Of a stretch of DNA of 64,000 nucleotides, positions 18,920 through 28,416 are shown one piece after another. Position 1 is the stretch's first letter. Each line of letters opens with the position of its first letter. Position numbers and translations under genes: made by a program. Source of the stretch: an uncultured Prevotella sp. (GTDB taxonomy: Bacteria > Bacteroidota > Bacteroidia > Bacteroidales > Bacteroidaceae); NCBI GenBank assembly GCA_900317685.1, contig ONHQ01000007.1:7737-71736 (forward strand). Reading direction: 5' to 3'. Below the pieces are notes generated by a model, which worked only from the letters and a program-made list of their open reading frames with translations, was not told the DNA's origin and searched no databases.

Positions 18920-20161
18920 TTATTTTCTTATTAATATCTTTGTTAAATCGTTGTTGCCCTTCGAGCAAACCGCATAATTGACGATACATCTATCCAACAA
19001 ACATAATGCCAATATGTTCATTCCCGATGCATAGTCCTGCAGTAAATTACCGATAAAGAACAGTAAAATGCAAACGGTAAACACCGTCCACCACTTGCTG
19101 TACAGTCCTCTTCTGCTCTTTCTTACCACTGAATATAGGGCGATGAGTGACAGAGGATTGAGCAAGAGTATCTGCAAATTGATGCTGACCGTCGGATGTT
19201 TGGAGAAGATCATCAGGAACAGTACAAGACCTGCCAAACCGTCGACCAGCAGTAAAACGAGGTCAACGCCCCAATAGATCTTTTTCTTTCGGAACTCTCC
19301 CACGCTGACAAAAATCACGAACAACGTCAGTACAGAGATGACCACCCGAGGAGTGAAGACATCAAAGAAGGAGCTGCCCGTCTCGGGAGCCTGGGCCTCA
19401 AGCACCGTCCACGTGCTGTCCACGAGATTGGTCGGAGACTGATGCTCGCGGAAGACCTTTGCCGTCGCAAAAGAAGCGCGCAAAGAGTCAGGCAGAAACT
19501 GCTGCTGGCGCAAGGTCGTCTGCCGGTCGGCATTCACTCCCAACAGCAGGTCACAGCCAAAACAGTCCCACGGATTCTGCTCATCCCATTGGTGCACCAT
19601 CGTGCGGTAGGAACTTGTCACGGACGCATTGACCCGATAACCCACGTGGCCTCGGATATGGTCGACTATCATATCACGCGCTCTCGACGAGCAATTGTCA
19701 TAGAAGAAATTGTAGCGGTAGACCTTGTTCTCGGGACGTGCGTTGAGGGCCAACGCATTGATGATATCGAGTTTTTCCTGCCGTGTGAGGTTAATACGCT
19801 GCTCTATCACTCCCCTGCCCTCTTCGGTGTATTCCTCCATGAAAAGGTCAAAAGGATATATCCCCATCTCGTAGTCGCAGAGTCCGAAGACAAAGCGAGG
19901 GATGAAATGGGGGGTATGGTAGTTAAACAGACCGTAGTTGACCGCTACGTCCTGCCCCGTGACCGCGTCACGAACGCGGATAGCTGTATGCCCGTATAAG
20001 CTGTAGATCTCTTTTCCCGGAGTACAGGTGAGCAATCCTATCTCCACGCTGTCCATCTCCTGCAACTGTCTCGGTGTCGCTTCTTGTGCCCTAATGGTTG
20101 TCGTTAAGAAAACCAAAACAGCGAGAAAAACAACTCGTAAATATCGTTTTAAACGTTTCAC
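18920..20161 (-). CDS. DUF4105 (Lnb-like N-terminal domain) membrane protein
   Basis: LLTCTPG, YGHTAIR and YRYNFFYDNC, followed by C-terminal TM helices. Start set at GTG 20161, just downstream of a -7 box. Confidence 0.82.
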   Translation of the reverse strand: MKRLKRYLRVVFLAVLVFLTTTIRAQEATPRQLQEMDSVEIGLLTCTPGKEIYSLYGHTAIRVRDAVTGQDVAVNYGLFNYHTPHFIPRFVFGLCDYEMGIYPFDLFMEEYTEEGRGVIEQRINLTRQEKLDIINALALNARPENKVYRYNFFYDNCSSRARDMIVDHIRGHVGYRVNASVTSSYRTMVHQWDEQNPWDCFGCDLLLGVNADRQTTLRQQQFLPDSLRASFATAKVFREHQSPTNLVDSTWTVLEAQAPETGSSFFDVFTPRVVISVLTLFVIFVSVGEFRKKKIYWGVDLVLLLVDGLAGLVLFLMIFSKHPTVSINLQILLLNPLSLIALYSVVRKSRRGLYSKWWTVFTVCILLFFIGNLLQDYASGMNILALCLLDRCIVNYAVCSKGNNDLTKILIRK

Positions 20162-20314
20162 GATGCAAAAATACCTTATTATTTTCACTTTCGTGCGTTA
20201 ATTTCGATTTTTTTCAATACTTTTGCAGTTGACTTCCGCCGAAGCCCTGTGTTTACGATCACAGCGGTAAGGACAGAAGCTCCAAGAAGGATAAACGTAT
20301 TCGTTAGTAAACCA

Positions 20315-21622
20315 ATGAAAAAACAACTCACCGTCATCGCTCTGACTATGCTTGCCACAACGGGCTGGGCTCAGAGCGGCACCAACTCTCCATATAGCCA
20401 ATATGGGCTGGGAATACTTTCTGACCTGTCTACGGGCTTCAATCGCGGTATGAACGGATTGGCCTTGGGCTTCCGGGAGCATAACCAGGTGAACCCTGCC
20501 AACCCTGCTTCTTACTCGGCCATCGACAGTCTCTCGTTTATTTTCGATGCCGGCATCTCGTTGCAGCAAACCAACTTTAAGGAAGGTGGCAGAAAACTCA
20601 ACGCCAACAATGCTGACTTTGAGTATGTGGTAGCCGGTCTCCGACTCTTCCGCCATTTTGGTGTAAGTTTTGGCCTGCTCCCCTATACCAACATTGGATA
20701 TTCCTACTCCACTACGACATCAGTAGGTGATGTTAACAAGACATATTCCTACAATGCCTATAACGGTGACGGAGGTTTACACCAAGTGTATCTTGGTTTT
20801 GGTTGGGAACCTATCCGCAACCTTTCCATCGGTGTCAACGGCTCATATCTTTATGGCGACTACACCCGCACGGTGACAAACAGTTACAGCAACTCGTCCG
20901 CAAACGCGCTTATCAAGACTTATTCTGCCGACGTGAGAAGCTACAAGCTGGATGCCGGACTGCAATACACATTGCCACTGAGCAAGAAAGACCAAATAAC
21001 AGTGGGCTTGACCTATGGCATGGGACATGAAATCAAGGGCAAACCACAGGTAACCATCGTCTCAAGCAATTCTGTCACGGCTGTGGCTGACACCACTACC
21101 TACCCCGGCGCTGGACAACTGAATTTGAATTTGAAGATCCCCAATACCTTTGGAGCCGGACTCACTTTCAATCACGATAATAAGGTAAAGATCGGAGCCG
21201 ACTACTCTCTCCAGCAGTGGTCGAAAATCAGCGCTCCTGAGCTCATCACCGACAATAGCGGCAACATCAACTACCAATTGGTAAAAGGATACTATAAAGA
21301 CCGCCATCAGTTCACACTCGGCACACAAATTTGTCCCGACGAGTATGGACGCTCTTTCTTGAAACGCATTCGCTACCGCGCCGGTGTGAGCTATACTACA
21401 CCTTATTATTATATAGGCAGCTTGGAAGGCCCCAAAGAACTCAGTGCCTCACTGGGCTTCGGTATCCCCATCATCAACGGATATAACAACCGCTCGCTGC
21501 TCAACATCAGTGCCCAATGGGTCAAGCGCAGTGCCAAGAACCTCATCACGGAAAACTCATTCCGCATCAACGTCGGCATCACCTTCAACGAGCAGTGGTT
21601 TGCTAAATGGAAAGTACAATAA
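20315..21622 (+). CDS. Outer-membrane beta-barrel protein (FadL/OmpP1-like Bacteroidetes family)
   Basis: Signal peptide from MKKQ; NSPYSQYGLG, NPANPASY and C-terminal ITFNEQWF. Confidence 0.82.
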   Translation: MKKQLTVIALTMLATTGWAQSGTNSPYSQYGLGILSDLSTGFNRGMNGLALGFREHNQVNPANPASYSAIDSLSFIFDAGISLQQTNFKEGGRKLNANNADFEYVVAGLRLFRHFGVSFGLLPYTNIGYSYSTTTSVGDVNKTYSYNAYNGDGGLHQVYLGFGWEPIRNLSIGVNGSYLYGDYTRTVTNSYSNSSANALIKTYSADVRSYKLDAGLQYTLPLSKKDQITVGLTYGMGHEIKGKPQVTIVSSNSVTAVADTTTYPGAGQLNLNLKIPNTFGAGLTFNHDNKVKIGADYSLQQWSKISAPELITDNSGNINYQLVKGYYKDRHQFTLGTQICPDEYGRSFLKRIRYRAGVSYTTPYYYIGSLEGPKELSASLGFGIPIINGYNNRSLLNISAQWVKRSAKNLITENSFRINVGITFNEQWFAKWKVQ

Positions 21623-21628
21623 CACAAG

Positions 21629-22300
21629 ATGTATAGGCATTTTCTCATGAAATTATCTCTGCATCATAGTCTTCTCATCCTTCTCTTTGTGTGCTTCATC
21701 GCCTCTTGTACAGAGCCCGTGGAGCATACAGCACCGGCTGTGCGCGCCCGCGACTCTGTCGCTGTAATGACATCATGGGGTGTCAACACGCTCATCTCCG
21801 ACTCAGGCGTCATCAAATATCGTATTGTGACCGAGAAATGGGAGGTCAACGAGAACAAACGGCCACCAAGATGGATCTTTGAGAAAGGACTCTTCTTGGA
21901 ACAGTTTGACGAGAAGTTTCATGTGCAGGCGTATATTCAGTGCGATACTGCCTATTATTATAGTCAAAAGAAGTTGTGGGAACTCAGATCAAGAGTGCGT
22001 GTGAGAACCAAGGACGGACTGCGCTTTTCCAGCCAGGAGCTGTTTTGGGATCAGAACGCACATGAACTGTATTCCAATGTCTTCTCCCGTCTCATCACGC
22101 CCGACCGCACACTGCAAGGATCTTATTTCCGCTCCGACGAGAAGATGACCAGATATATGGTCACCAACACCAAGGGTTCTTTCTCTCAGAGCGATCTTGA
22201 GGGTGGAAGCTCCGACTCCGGCACCAGTAGCGCCGAACAGGACAGCATCCAGAAGAGCCAAAGAAGCCAGGCCGTGCCAGAACGTGGCGGGAAGCAATAA
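21629..22300 (+). CDS. lptC: LPS export periplasmic protein LptC
   Basis: Lipoprotein-like N-terminus, LISDSG, FEKGL, CDTAYY and QELFWD; typical Bacteroidetes context. Confidence 0.82.
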   Translation: MYRHFLMKLSLHHSLLILLFVCFIASCTEPVEHTAPAVRARDSVAVMTSWGVNTLISDSGVIKYRIVTEKWEVNENKRPPRWIFEKGLFLEQFDEKFHVQAYIQCDTAYYYSQKKLWELRSRVRVRTKDGLRFSSQELFWDQNAHELYSNVFSRLITPDRTLQGSYFRSDEKMTRYMVTNTKGSFSQSDLEGGSSDSGTSSAEQDSIQKSQRSQAVPERGGKQ

Positions 22301-22340
22301 CATAGAGAATCAAAAACATCATAATTGTAATCATATAACT

Positions 22341-23612
22341 GTGCAGCAAGTAGATATACCACTTATCTTAGAGATATTGTGCACGATGGTGCTCAGTGCA
22401 TTCTTCTCCGGAATGGAAATCGCATTCGTCTCAAGCAACCGTATGCTGGCCGAGATGGATAAGAACAAAAATGGATTATCCCAACATATCATTTCCTTCT
22501 TTTATCGCCATCCCAACGGCTTTGTCTCTACGATGCTTGTGGGCAACAACGTGGTTCTGGTCATCTACGGCATTTTGATCGCCCAACTCTTCGACAACAC
22601 CATCTTTCGAGGATGCAGCGCCGGATTCACGGTTCCCGCAGACACCATTCTCTCTACGCTCATCATGCTCTTCACGGGAGAGTTTCTCCCCAAGTCGCTA
22701 TTCAAGAGCATCCCCAACACCATGCTGACGGTGTTCTCCCCCATCGCATACATTTTCTACATCGTCCTTTGGCCCATCAGCAAGTTTGCGACTTTCCTCT
22801 CAAAGGGCATATTAAGACTCTTTGGCGTGCGTATGCCGAAAGAAGAGGGCGACGAAGGATTCACAAAAGTGGATCTCGACTACCTGATCCACACTTCTAT
22901 TGACAACGCACCCAACGAAGACGCCGTCGACGACGAGGTGAAGATCTTCCAAAATGCACTCGATTTCCCCGACCTGAAAGTGCGTGACTGCATGATTCCG
23001 CGCACAGAAATCAATGCGGTCAATATGGACACCTGTAGCTTGGAGGAACTGAAACAGAAGTTTGTGGAGAGTGGAAACTCCAAGATCATCGTCTATCGCG
23101 AAGATATCGACCATATAGTAGGATACATCCACAGCCATGAGATGTTTCGTGACCCTAAACGCTGGCAGGATCATATACGTACCCTTCCTTTTGTGCCGGA
23201 GACGATGCTGGCACAGAAACTGATGCGGATTTTCCTGCAACAGAAGAAAAGCCTCGGTGTAGTCATCGACGAGTTTGGAGGTACAAGCGGACTGGTGTCG
23301 TTGGAGGATATCGTGGAGGAGATCTTCGGCGATATCGAGGATGAACACGACACAGACCACTACATCGCCAAGAAGATCGACGAACACGACTATCTGCTCT
23401 CTGCACGACTCGAAATCGACAAGGTCAACGAGGAATTTGGATTGGAATTACCCGAGAGTGACGAATATATGACAATAGGCGGACTCATCCTCCACGAATA
23501 TCAAAGCTTCCCCAAACTCAACGAAATCATCAAGATCGACAAGTTTGAATTTAAAATCATTAAAAGCACTATGACGAAAATAGAACTCGTCAGATTGCAT
23601 ATTAACGAATAA
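22341..23612 (+). CDS. HlyC/CorC (CNNM-CBS) family membrane protein; start uncertain
   Basis: SAFFSGMEIAF, MLVGNN, GEFLPK, MIPR and DEFGGTSGLVSLEDI motifs. Confidence 0.9.
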   Translation: MQQVDIPLILEILCTMVLSAFFSGMEIAFVSSNRMLAEMDKNKNGLSQHIISFFYRHPNGFVSTMLVGNNVVLVIYGILIAQLFDNTIFRGCSAGFTVPADTILSTLIMLFTGEFLPKSLFKSIPNTMLTVFSPIAYIFYIVLWPISKFATFLSKGILRLFGVRMPKEEGDEGFTKVDLDYLIHTSIDNAPNEDAVDDEVKIFQNALDFPDLKVRDCMIPRTEINAVNMDTCSLEELKQKFVESGNSKIIVYREDIDHIVGYIHSHEMFRDPKRWQDHIRTLPFVPETMLAQKLMRIFLQQKKSLGVVIDEFGGTSGLVSLEDIVEEIFGDIEDEHDTDHYIAKKIDEHDYLLSARLEIDKVNEEFGLELPESDEYMTIGGLILHEYQSFPKLNEIIKIDKFEFKIIKSTMTKIELVRLHINE

Positions 23613-23744
23613 ATAAGCATCTCTGACGTTTTTTTCTATAAATCATTCCCTCGTTTGCTATTTATTTAGTAAATTTGTACGCTTTTAAAAGAGTTTGCTT
23701 TAACGCAGGAAATCAATAAACAAAAATACAATTATCAAAACAAA

Positions 23745-25892
23745 ATGGCAGCATTAGGAAAAATTAGAAGCAGAAGTGTCGCACTGATCGCCATCATCGG
23801 TTTCGGCCTTTTCGCTTTCATCGCCGAAGAGGCCTTCCGTTCTTGCGAGTCATCTCGCAACAATGAGCGCCAGCAAATCGGTGAGGTGTTAGGAGACAAA
23901 ATCAATTACGAGGACTTTGCCAAGCAAGTGGACGAAGCCCAGCAGGCTATGAAGTTCATGGGCCAGGAAAATCTTAACGATGACCAACTCAACCAACTTC
24001 GTGACCAAGTCTGGAACAACTTTGTGCAGTATCGTCTCATCGAGAATGAGTGCGACAAGCTGGGCATGACCGTAACAGACCAGGAGATGCAGAATGTACT
24101 CAACGAGGGTACCAACCAAATGCTTCTCTCTACTCCTTTCGTCAATCAGCAGACCGGACGCTTCGATGCCAACCAGCTCAAGCAATTCCTCGCTCAGTAT
24201 AAGCAGGCTCAGGCTCAGCAGCAGAATCCACAGATGGCTGAGCAGATGGATGCCATCTACAAATACTGGACATACATCGAGAAGAGCCTCCGTCAGCAAC
24301 TGCTCATTCAGAAGTACAACGGACTGCTCGCTCACTGCTTGCTGTCCAATCCTGTCGAGGCTAAGATGGCCTTCAACGAGGAAAGTCAGGAAAGCCAAAT
24401 CCAATTGGCTTCTTACCCTTATTCCAGCATTCAGGACTCTAAAGTCAACATCTCTGACGCTGACTTGCAGGCAAAATACGATGAGCTGAAGGCTCGTTTC
24501 CGTCAGTATGTCGAGAGCCGCGATATCAAATATGTTGATGTTCAGATCTCTGCCTCTCCCGCTGACCGCGCCGCACTGCTGAAGCAGTTCAAGGGTTGGG
24601 CTGGCCAAATGCAGGCAGCCGCTGATCCTTCTGAGATCGTACGTAAGAGCACTTCTTCCGTTCCCTACATGGGCATTCCTGTAGGCAAGGAGGCTTTCCC
24701 AACAGATATCGCTGACAAACTTGACTCTATGTCTGTCGGTCAGACATTAGGCCCTGTGGAGAACAAGCAGGACAACACTTTCAATATTGTCAAGCTCGTT
24801 GCTAAGCAGGAGCTCCCCGATTCTGTACAGTTCCGTGCTATCCAGATCGCTGGTACTACACCCGAGGAGGCTCATAAGACAGCTGACTCTGTCTACAATG
24901 CCCTGAAGGCCGGCGCTGACTTCGCAGCAATTGCCAAGAAATATAACCAGGAGGGTAAAGAGCAGTGGCTCACTACCAAGATGTATGAGTACTCTACATC
25001 TATGGACAACGATTCGAAGAACTATCTCAACGCTCTGCTCACCTCTAACGTCAAGGAGCTGAAGAACGTACAGCTGACTCAAGGCAACTTGATCATTCAG
25101 GTGCTTGATCGGAAGAATATGGTAGAGAAGTACACGGCCGCTGTCATCAAAAAGCCTATCGACTACTCCAATACTACGCGTAGCAATGTCTACAATAAGT
25201 TCAGCACCTTTGTCAGTGCTAATCAGACTCCAGCCGACATCGTGAAGAATGCAGCAAGAAGCGGCTATTCTGTTCAGGAGGCCAAGGACGTGACCACGAG
25301 CCAGCACAATCTTGCAGGCATCAAGTCTACGCGTGATGCAATGAAGTGGCTTTTTGCTGCCAAGGAGGGTGAGGTTTCCCCAATGTATGAGTGTGGCGAT
25401 AACGGCAACAACCTGCTGCTCGTTGTCTGCGAAAAGATCCATCCGATTGGCTATCGCGATCTGAGCGACCCACAAGTCAAGGAAATGGTCAAGCAGGAAG
25501 TTATGCGTGACAAGAAAGCCGAGATACTCATCGCCAAGGCTAAGGGTGCCAACAGCATCAACGCTGCCAAGGCTAAGGGTGCCATTATCTCTGCTGTCAA
25601 TCAAGTGACTTTTGCAGCTCCTGTTTTCGTTCAGTCTACCGGAGCAAGCGAGCCTGCACTGAGTGGTGCTGTCTATGCTACCAAGCCCGGTGCTTTCAGC
25701 AGCCATCCTGTTAAGGGTCTGGCAGGTGTCTATCAGTTCCAGGTCGTCAGCCGCAAGAAGAACGCTCTGAAGTTCAATGAGGCTCAGGAAGAGATGAAGC
25801 TCCGTCAACGCTCCATGCAATACGCTGGCAACTTCATGAACGAACTCTATGTAAAAGCTAAGGTTGTGGACAACCGCTACCTCTTCTTCTAA
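23745..25892 (+). CDS. PpiD/SurA-N-domain peptidyl-prolyl isomerase and periplasmic chaperone
   Basis: MAALGKIR...IIGFGLFAFI anchor, SurA-like N-terminal domain and parvulin-like ADFAAIAKKY. Confidence 0.87.
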   Translation: MAALGKIRSRSVALIAIIGFGLFAFIAEEAFRSCESSRNNERQQIGEVLGDKINYEDFAKQVDEAQQAMKFMGQENLNDDQLNQLRDQVWNNFVQYRLIENECDKLGMTVTDQEMQNVLNEGTNQMLLSTPFVNQQTGRFDANQLKQFLAQYKQAQAQQQNPQMAEQMDAIYKYWTYIEKSLRQQLLIQKYNGLLAHCLLSNPVEAKMAFNEESQESQIQLASYPYSSIQDSKVNISDADLQAKYDELKARFRQYVESRDIKYVDVQISASPADRAALLKQFKGWAGQMQAAADPSEIVRKSTSSVPYMGIPVGKEAFPTDIADKLDSMSVGQTLGPVENKQDNTFNIVKLVAKQELPDSVQFRAIQIAGTTPEEAHKTADSVYNALKAGADFAAIAKKYNQEGKEQWLTTKMYEYSTSMDNDSKNYLNALLTSNVKELKNVQLTQGNLIIQVLDRKNMVEKYTAAVIKKPIDYSNTTRSNVYNKFSTFVSANQTPADIVKNAARSGYSVQEAKDVTTSQHNLAGIKSTRDAMKWLFAAKEGEVSPMYECGDNGNNLLLVVCEKIHPIGYRDLSDPQVKEMVKQEVMRDKKAEILIAKAKGANSINAAKAKGAIISAVNQVTFAAPVFVQSTGASEPALSGAVYATKPGAFSSHPVKGLAGVYQFQVVSRKKNALKFNEAQEEMKLRQRSMQYAGNFMNELYVKAKVVDNRYLFF

Positions 25893-25924
25893 TTCTAAGC
25901 AAGAGTTGACAAGCATATATAAAG

Positions 25925-25963
25925 AAAACAGGGAAAAGGCCTACGCCTTTTCCCTGTTTTTTT
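25925..25963. terminator. Bidirectional intrinsic terminator
   Basis: AAAACAGGGAAAAGGC-CTAC-GCCTTTTCCCTGTTTT followed by more T; lies between convergent genes. Confidence 0.9.
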
Positions 25964-26011
25964 CGTTTAACAAGTGTTGCTATCTATGACTTTCTCTATT
26001 TCAATAATATC

Positions 26012-26761
26012 TCACTGCACCTTCGGCAAAGGATAGTCGTATTTATGCGGACCGAAAGCACTGTCTTTGTAAGGATCGTGATACCAGTCTTTCTCAACTG
26101 ACAGCTGTAAGGAGAAAGACAGAGATGGCTTCCACTGAACAGATGCCCCAATCCTGTCGACATTACCATAATAGCCGGGCCCCCAACCATAATCATACGG
26201 ACCGAAGCCATAGCCCCCTACACCATAAGGATCAAAACTGTATGGGCACATCAGACTCTGATAACCCAAAGAAGGATATCCATAATAAGAATAAGGATAG
26301 AAGCCATTCGAACCTATCGACTTCTGACCATAGATCGTAGCCGACCATTGGTCATTGAACCGATAACCCAATTCAGCATAAACCGAACCTGTCACATAAT
26401 TACTTGACCCCTCATTGACATGGCTGACATTGCCGCCGACGACAAGACTTCCATTCTTCCCCAGAGGTGTAGCGTAGGCCACATTAACAGTCTGAGCAAG
26501 GCCACTACGATGACGCCGTCCGCCAAATGTGGTATAAGCACTCAAATCCATGCTTGCGTTGAGTCCCGCATGGAGACTGTTGCCGTCGCTCCACTCTTCA
26601 CTGGATATAGCCTCGGTATGTGTATGAAGCGGTGTCTTGCTCGTCATACTGCGAGCAGACTTTGGAATGGAGTCATTATGTGTCTGGGCTCTGATGCCAG
26701 TACTCAACAGCAACAAGCCCATTAATATATAGTTACTTTTATTCATCATCACTTTAATCAT
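26012..26761 (-). CDS. Hypothetical exported or outer-membrane beta protein with a Gly/Tyr/Pro-rich loop
   Basis: Signal peptide, alternating beta-strand pattern and a GYPSLGY...GYGFGPYDYGWGPGYYG tract. Confidence 0.75.
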   Translation of the reverse strand: MIKVMMNKSNYILMGLLLLSTGIRAQTHNDSIPKSARSMTSKTPLHTHTEAISSEEWSDGNSLHAGLNASMDLSAYTTFGGRRHRSGLAQTVNVAYATPLGKNGSLVVGGNVSHVNEGSSNYVTGSVYAELGYRFNDQWSATIYGQKSIGSNGFYPYSYYGYPSLGYQSLMCPYSFDPYGVGGYGFGPYDYGWGPGYYGNVDRIGASVQWKPSLSFSLQLSVEKDWYHDPYKDSAFGPHKYDYPLPKVQ

Positions 26762-26995
26762 TTCCAGCTAAGACTGATCACCATCATGATGCTTTCTCAG
26801 CAAGATGAGTCTTCTTGGCTGTATTTCTTTGCAAAGATAAGAAAAGATCGAATGCTCGCTCTGTCACTTCATCATTTTTAGGGTTGTTTTGATTAAAAAT
26901 ACATAAATGCTTCAAGCGACATTCCATTTTAGCAAAGATAATGCGGCAAAAAAGTTGATTCTTATTATCTTTGCATATCATTAATATAAGGTATT

Positions 26996-27265
26996 ATGGG
27001 AAAAAATCCATCTTCAACATCTGAAAAGTCCATGGCACTGTTAGACCAAGCCAAAGCAATGGCTGCTCAAGGCAATAAAGTAGTTGCCGTGGCATTGCTC
27101 AGCCAATATATTGCACAAGCCCCGGAAGCAGAAGCAGAGGAGGCACACCGTCTGCGCGGTGAACTGCTCCTGCAAATGGGTGACAAACGAGGAGCGGAAG
27201 AAGACGCAGAAGCCGTATTGCGCATCAATCCGAATCTGGCAAACGGGCATTTCCAACTCGATTGA
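26996..27265 (+). CDS. Small TPR protein
   Basis: EAHRLRGELLLQMGDKRGAEEDAEAVLRINP matches the TPR consensus; TATCTTTG box upstream. Confidence 0.75.
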   Translation: MGKNPSSTSEKSMALLDQAKAMAAQGNKVVAVALLSQYIAQAPEAEAEEAHRLRGELLLQMGDKRGAEEDAEAVLRINPNLANGHFQLD

Positions 27266-27307
27266 ATATTAATTTTCTATCTGATGCGCAATTTTTCTAA
27301 GGAAATG

Positions 27308-27339
27308 TTTGCATATATCAGATATTTGTTTTACTTTTG
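27308..27339 (+). promoter_or_regulatory. Promoter of the pheA leader and operon
   Basis: TTTG (27308-27311), 20-nt spacer, TACTTTTG (27332-27339). Confidence 0.75.
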
Positions 27340-27362
27340 CACAAAAATAAAACAATAACAAT

Positions 27363-27437
27363 ATGAAGTCATTTGCATCTTTCCGTTATTATTATTTTTA
27401 CTTTGCATGGAAATGCGAAGCGGGAAGTTGCGTGTAG
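27363..27437 (+). CDS. Phe/Tyr-rich attenuator leader peptide MKSFASFRYYYFYFAWKCEAGSCV
   Basis: Manual translation: 4 Phe, 4 Tyr and 1 Trp in 24 codons, with a YYYFYF run; lies between the promoter and the terminator upstream of pheA. Confidence 0.88.
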   Translation: MKSFASFRYYYFYFAWKCEAGSCV

Positions 27438-27484
27438 ATTTCAACTTAAGACTGACAATAACCCAACAGGTTTTGCATACAAGG

Positions 27485-27517
27485 TCCCGCTTCATATCCT
27501 ATGAGGTGGGATTTTTT
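27485..27517 (+). terminator. Attenuator terminator (3:4 hairpin)
   Basis: TCCCGCTTCATA-TCC-TATGAGGTGGGA followed by TTTTTT; the 5' arm is complementary to GAAGCGGGA at 27417-27425. Confidence 0.88.
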
Positions 27518-27565
27518 GTAACATGACCTTGAAAATAAATATAAGAACAGACAAAGAACAGATCG

Positions 27566-28396
27566 ATGAAGAGAATAGCAATACAAGGACGCGTAGGATC
27601 TTTCCATGATATCGCCGCCCATGAATATTTCGAGGGGGAACAGATTCAGCTCATCTGCTGCGATACTTTCGAACAGGTGTTCGAGAATATCAAGCGTGAT
27701 CCTACTGTCATCGGACTGGTGGCTATTGAGAACACGATCGCCGGTTCACTGCTCCACAACTACGAGCTGCTTCGCGATAGTGGGGCAACCATCGTCGGAG
27801 AGCACCGGTTGCATATCACTCATAGCATTTGCTGCCTGCCGGAAGACGACTGGACTTCCGTCTCTGAAGTACACTCTCATCCTGTGGCTCTGATGCAGTG
27901 CCGGCAATGGCTGTCAAATCATCCCGACCTCAAAGCGGTAGAAGCAGATGACACCGCCGGTAGTGCTGAATACATCAAGAAACACAACTGTCTCGGATGG
28001 GCTGCCATCTGTCACGCCCACGCCGCAAAACTTTATGGATTGAAAGTCTTGGAAGACCACATCGAGGACAATAAGCACAATTTCACGCGTTTCCTCGTTG
28101 TATGCGCACCACAGAAAGCCGACTTCCTGCGACCTGCCAACGCTGTCAACAAAGCCAGCCTCGTCTTTTCTCTTCCCCATTCAGAAGGTTCTCTCTCTAA
28201 AGTACTGACCATCCTGAGCTTCTATGACATCAACCTGACCAAGATCCAGTCACTTCCTATCATTGGTAAAGAGTGGGAATATCTTTTCTACGTAGATGTC
28301 ACCTATGATGATCTCGTACGATACCGGCAAGCGGTAGACGCGATCACACCGCTGACACGCAACATTAAGATAATTGGAGAATATATAGAGAAATAA
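27566..28396 (+). CDS. pheA: Prephenate dehydratase with ACT domain
   Basis: IAIQG...GSFH, IENTIAG, SHPVALMQC, NFTRF and NLTKIQSLP motifs. Confidence 0.95.
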   Translation: MKRIAIQGRVGSFHDIAAHEYFEGEQIQLICCDTFEQVFENIKRDPTVIGLVAIENTIAGSLLHNYELLRDSGATIVGEHRLHITHSICCLPEDDWTSVSEVHSHPVALMQCRQWLSNHPDLKAVEADDTAGSAEYIKKHNCLGWAAICHAHAAKLYGLKVLEDHIEDNKHNFTRFLVVCAPQKADFLRPANAVNKASLVFSLPHSEGSLSKVLTILSFYDINLTKIQSLPIIGKEWEYLFYVDVTYDDLVRYRQAVDAITPLTRNIKIIGEYIEK

Positions 28397-28416
28397 TAAC
28401 TGCAATAATCATTAAT

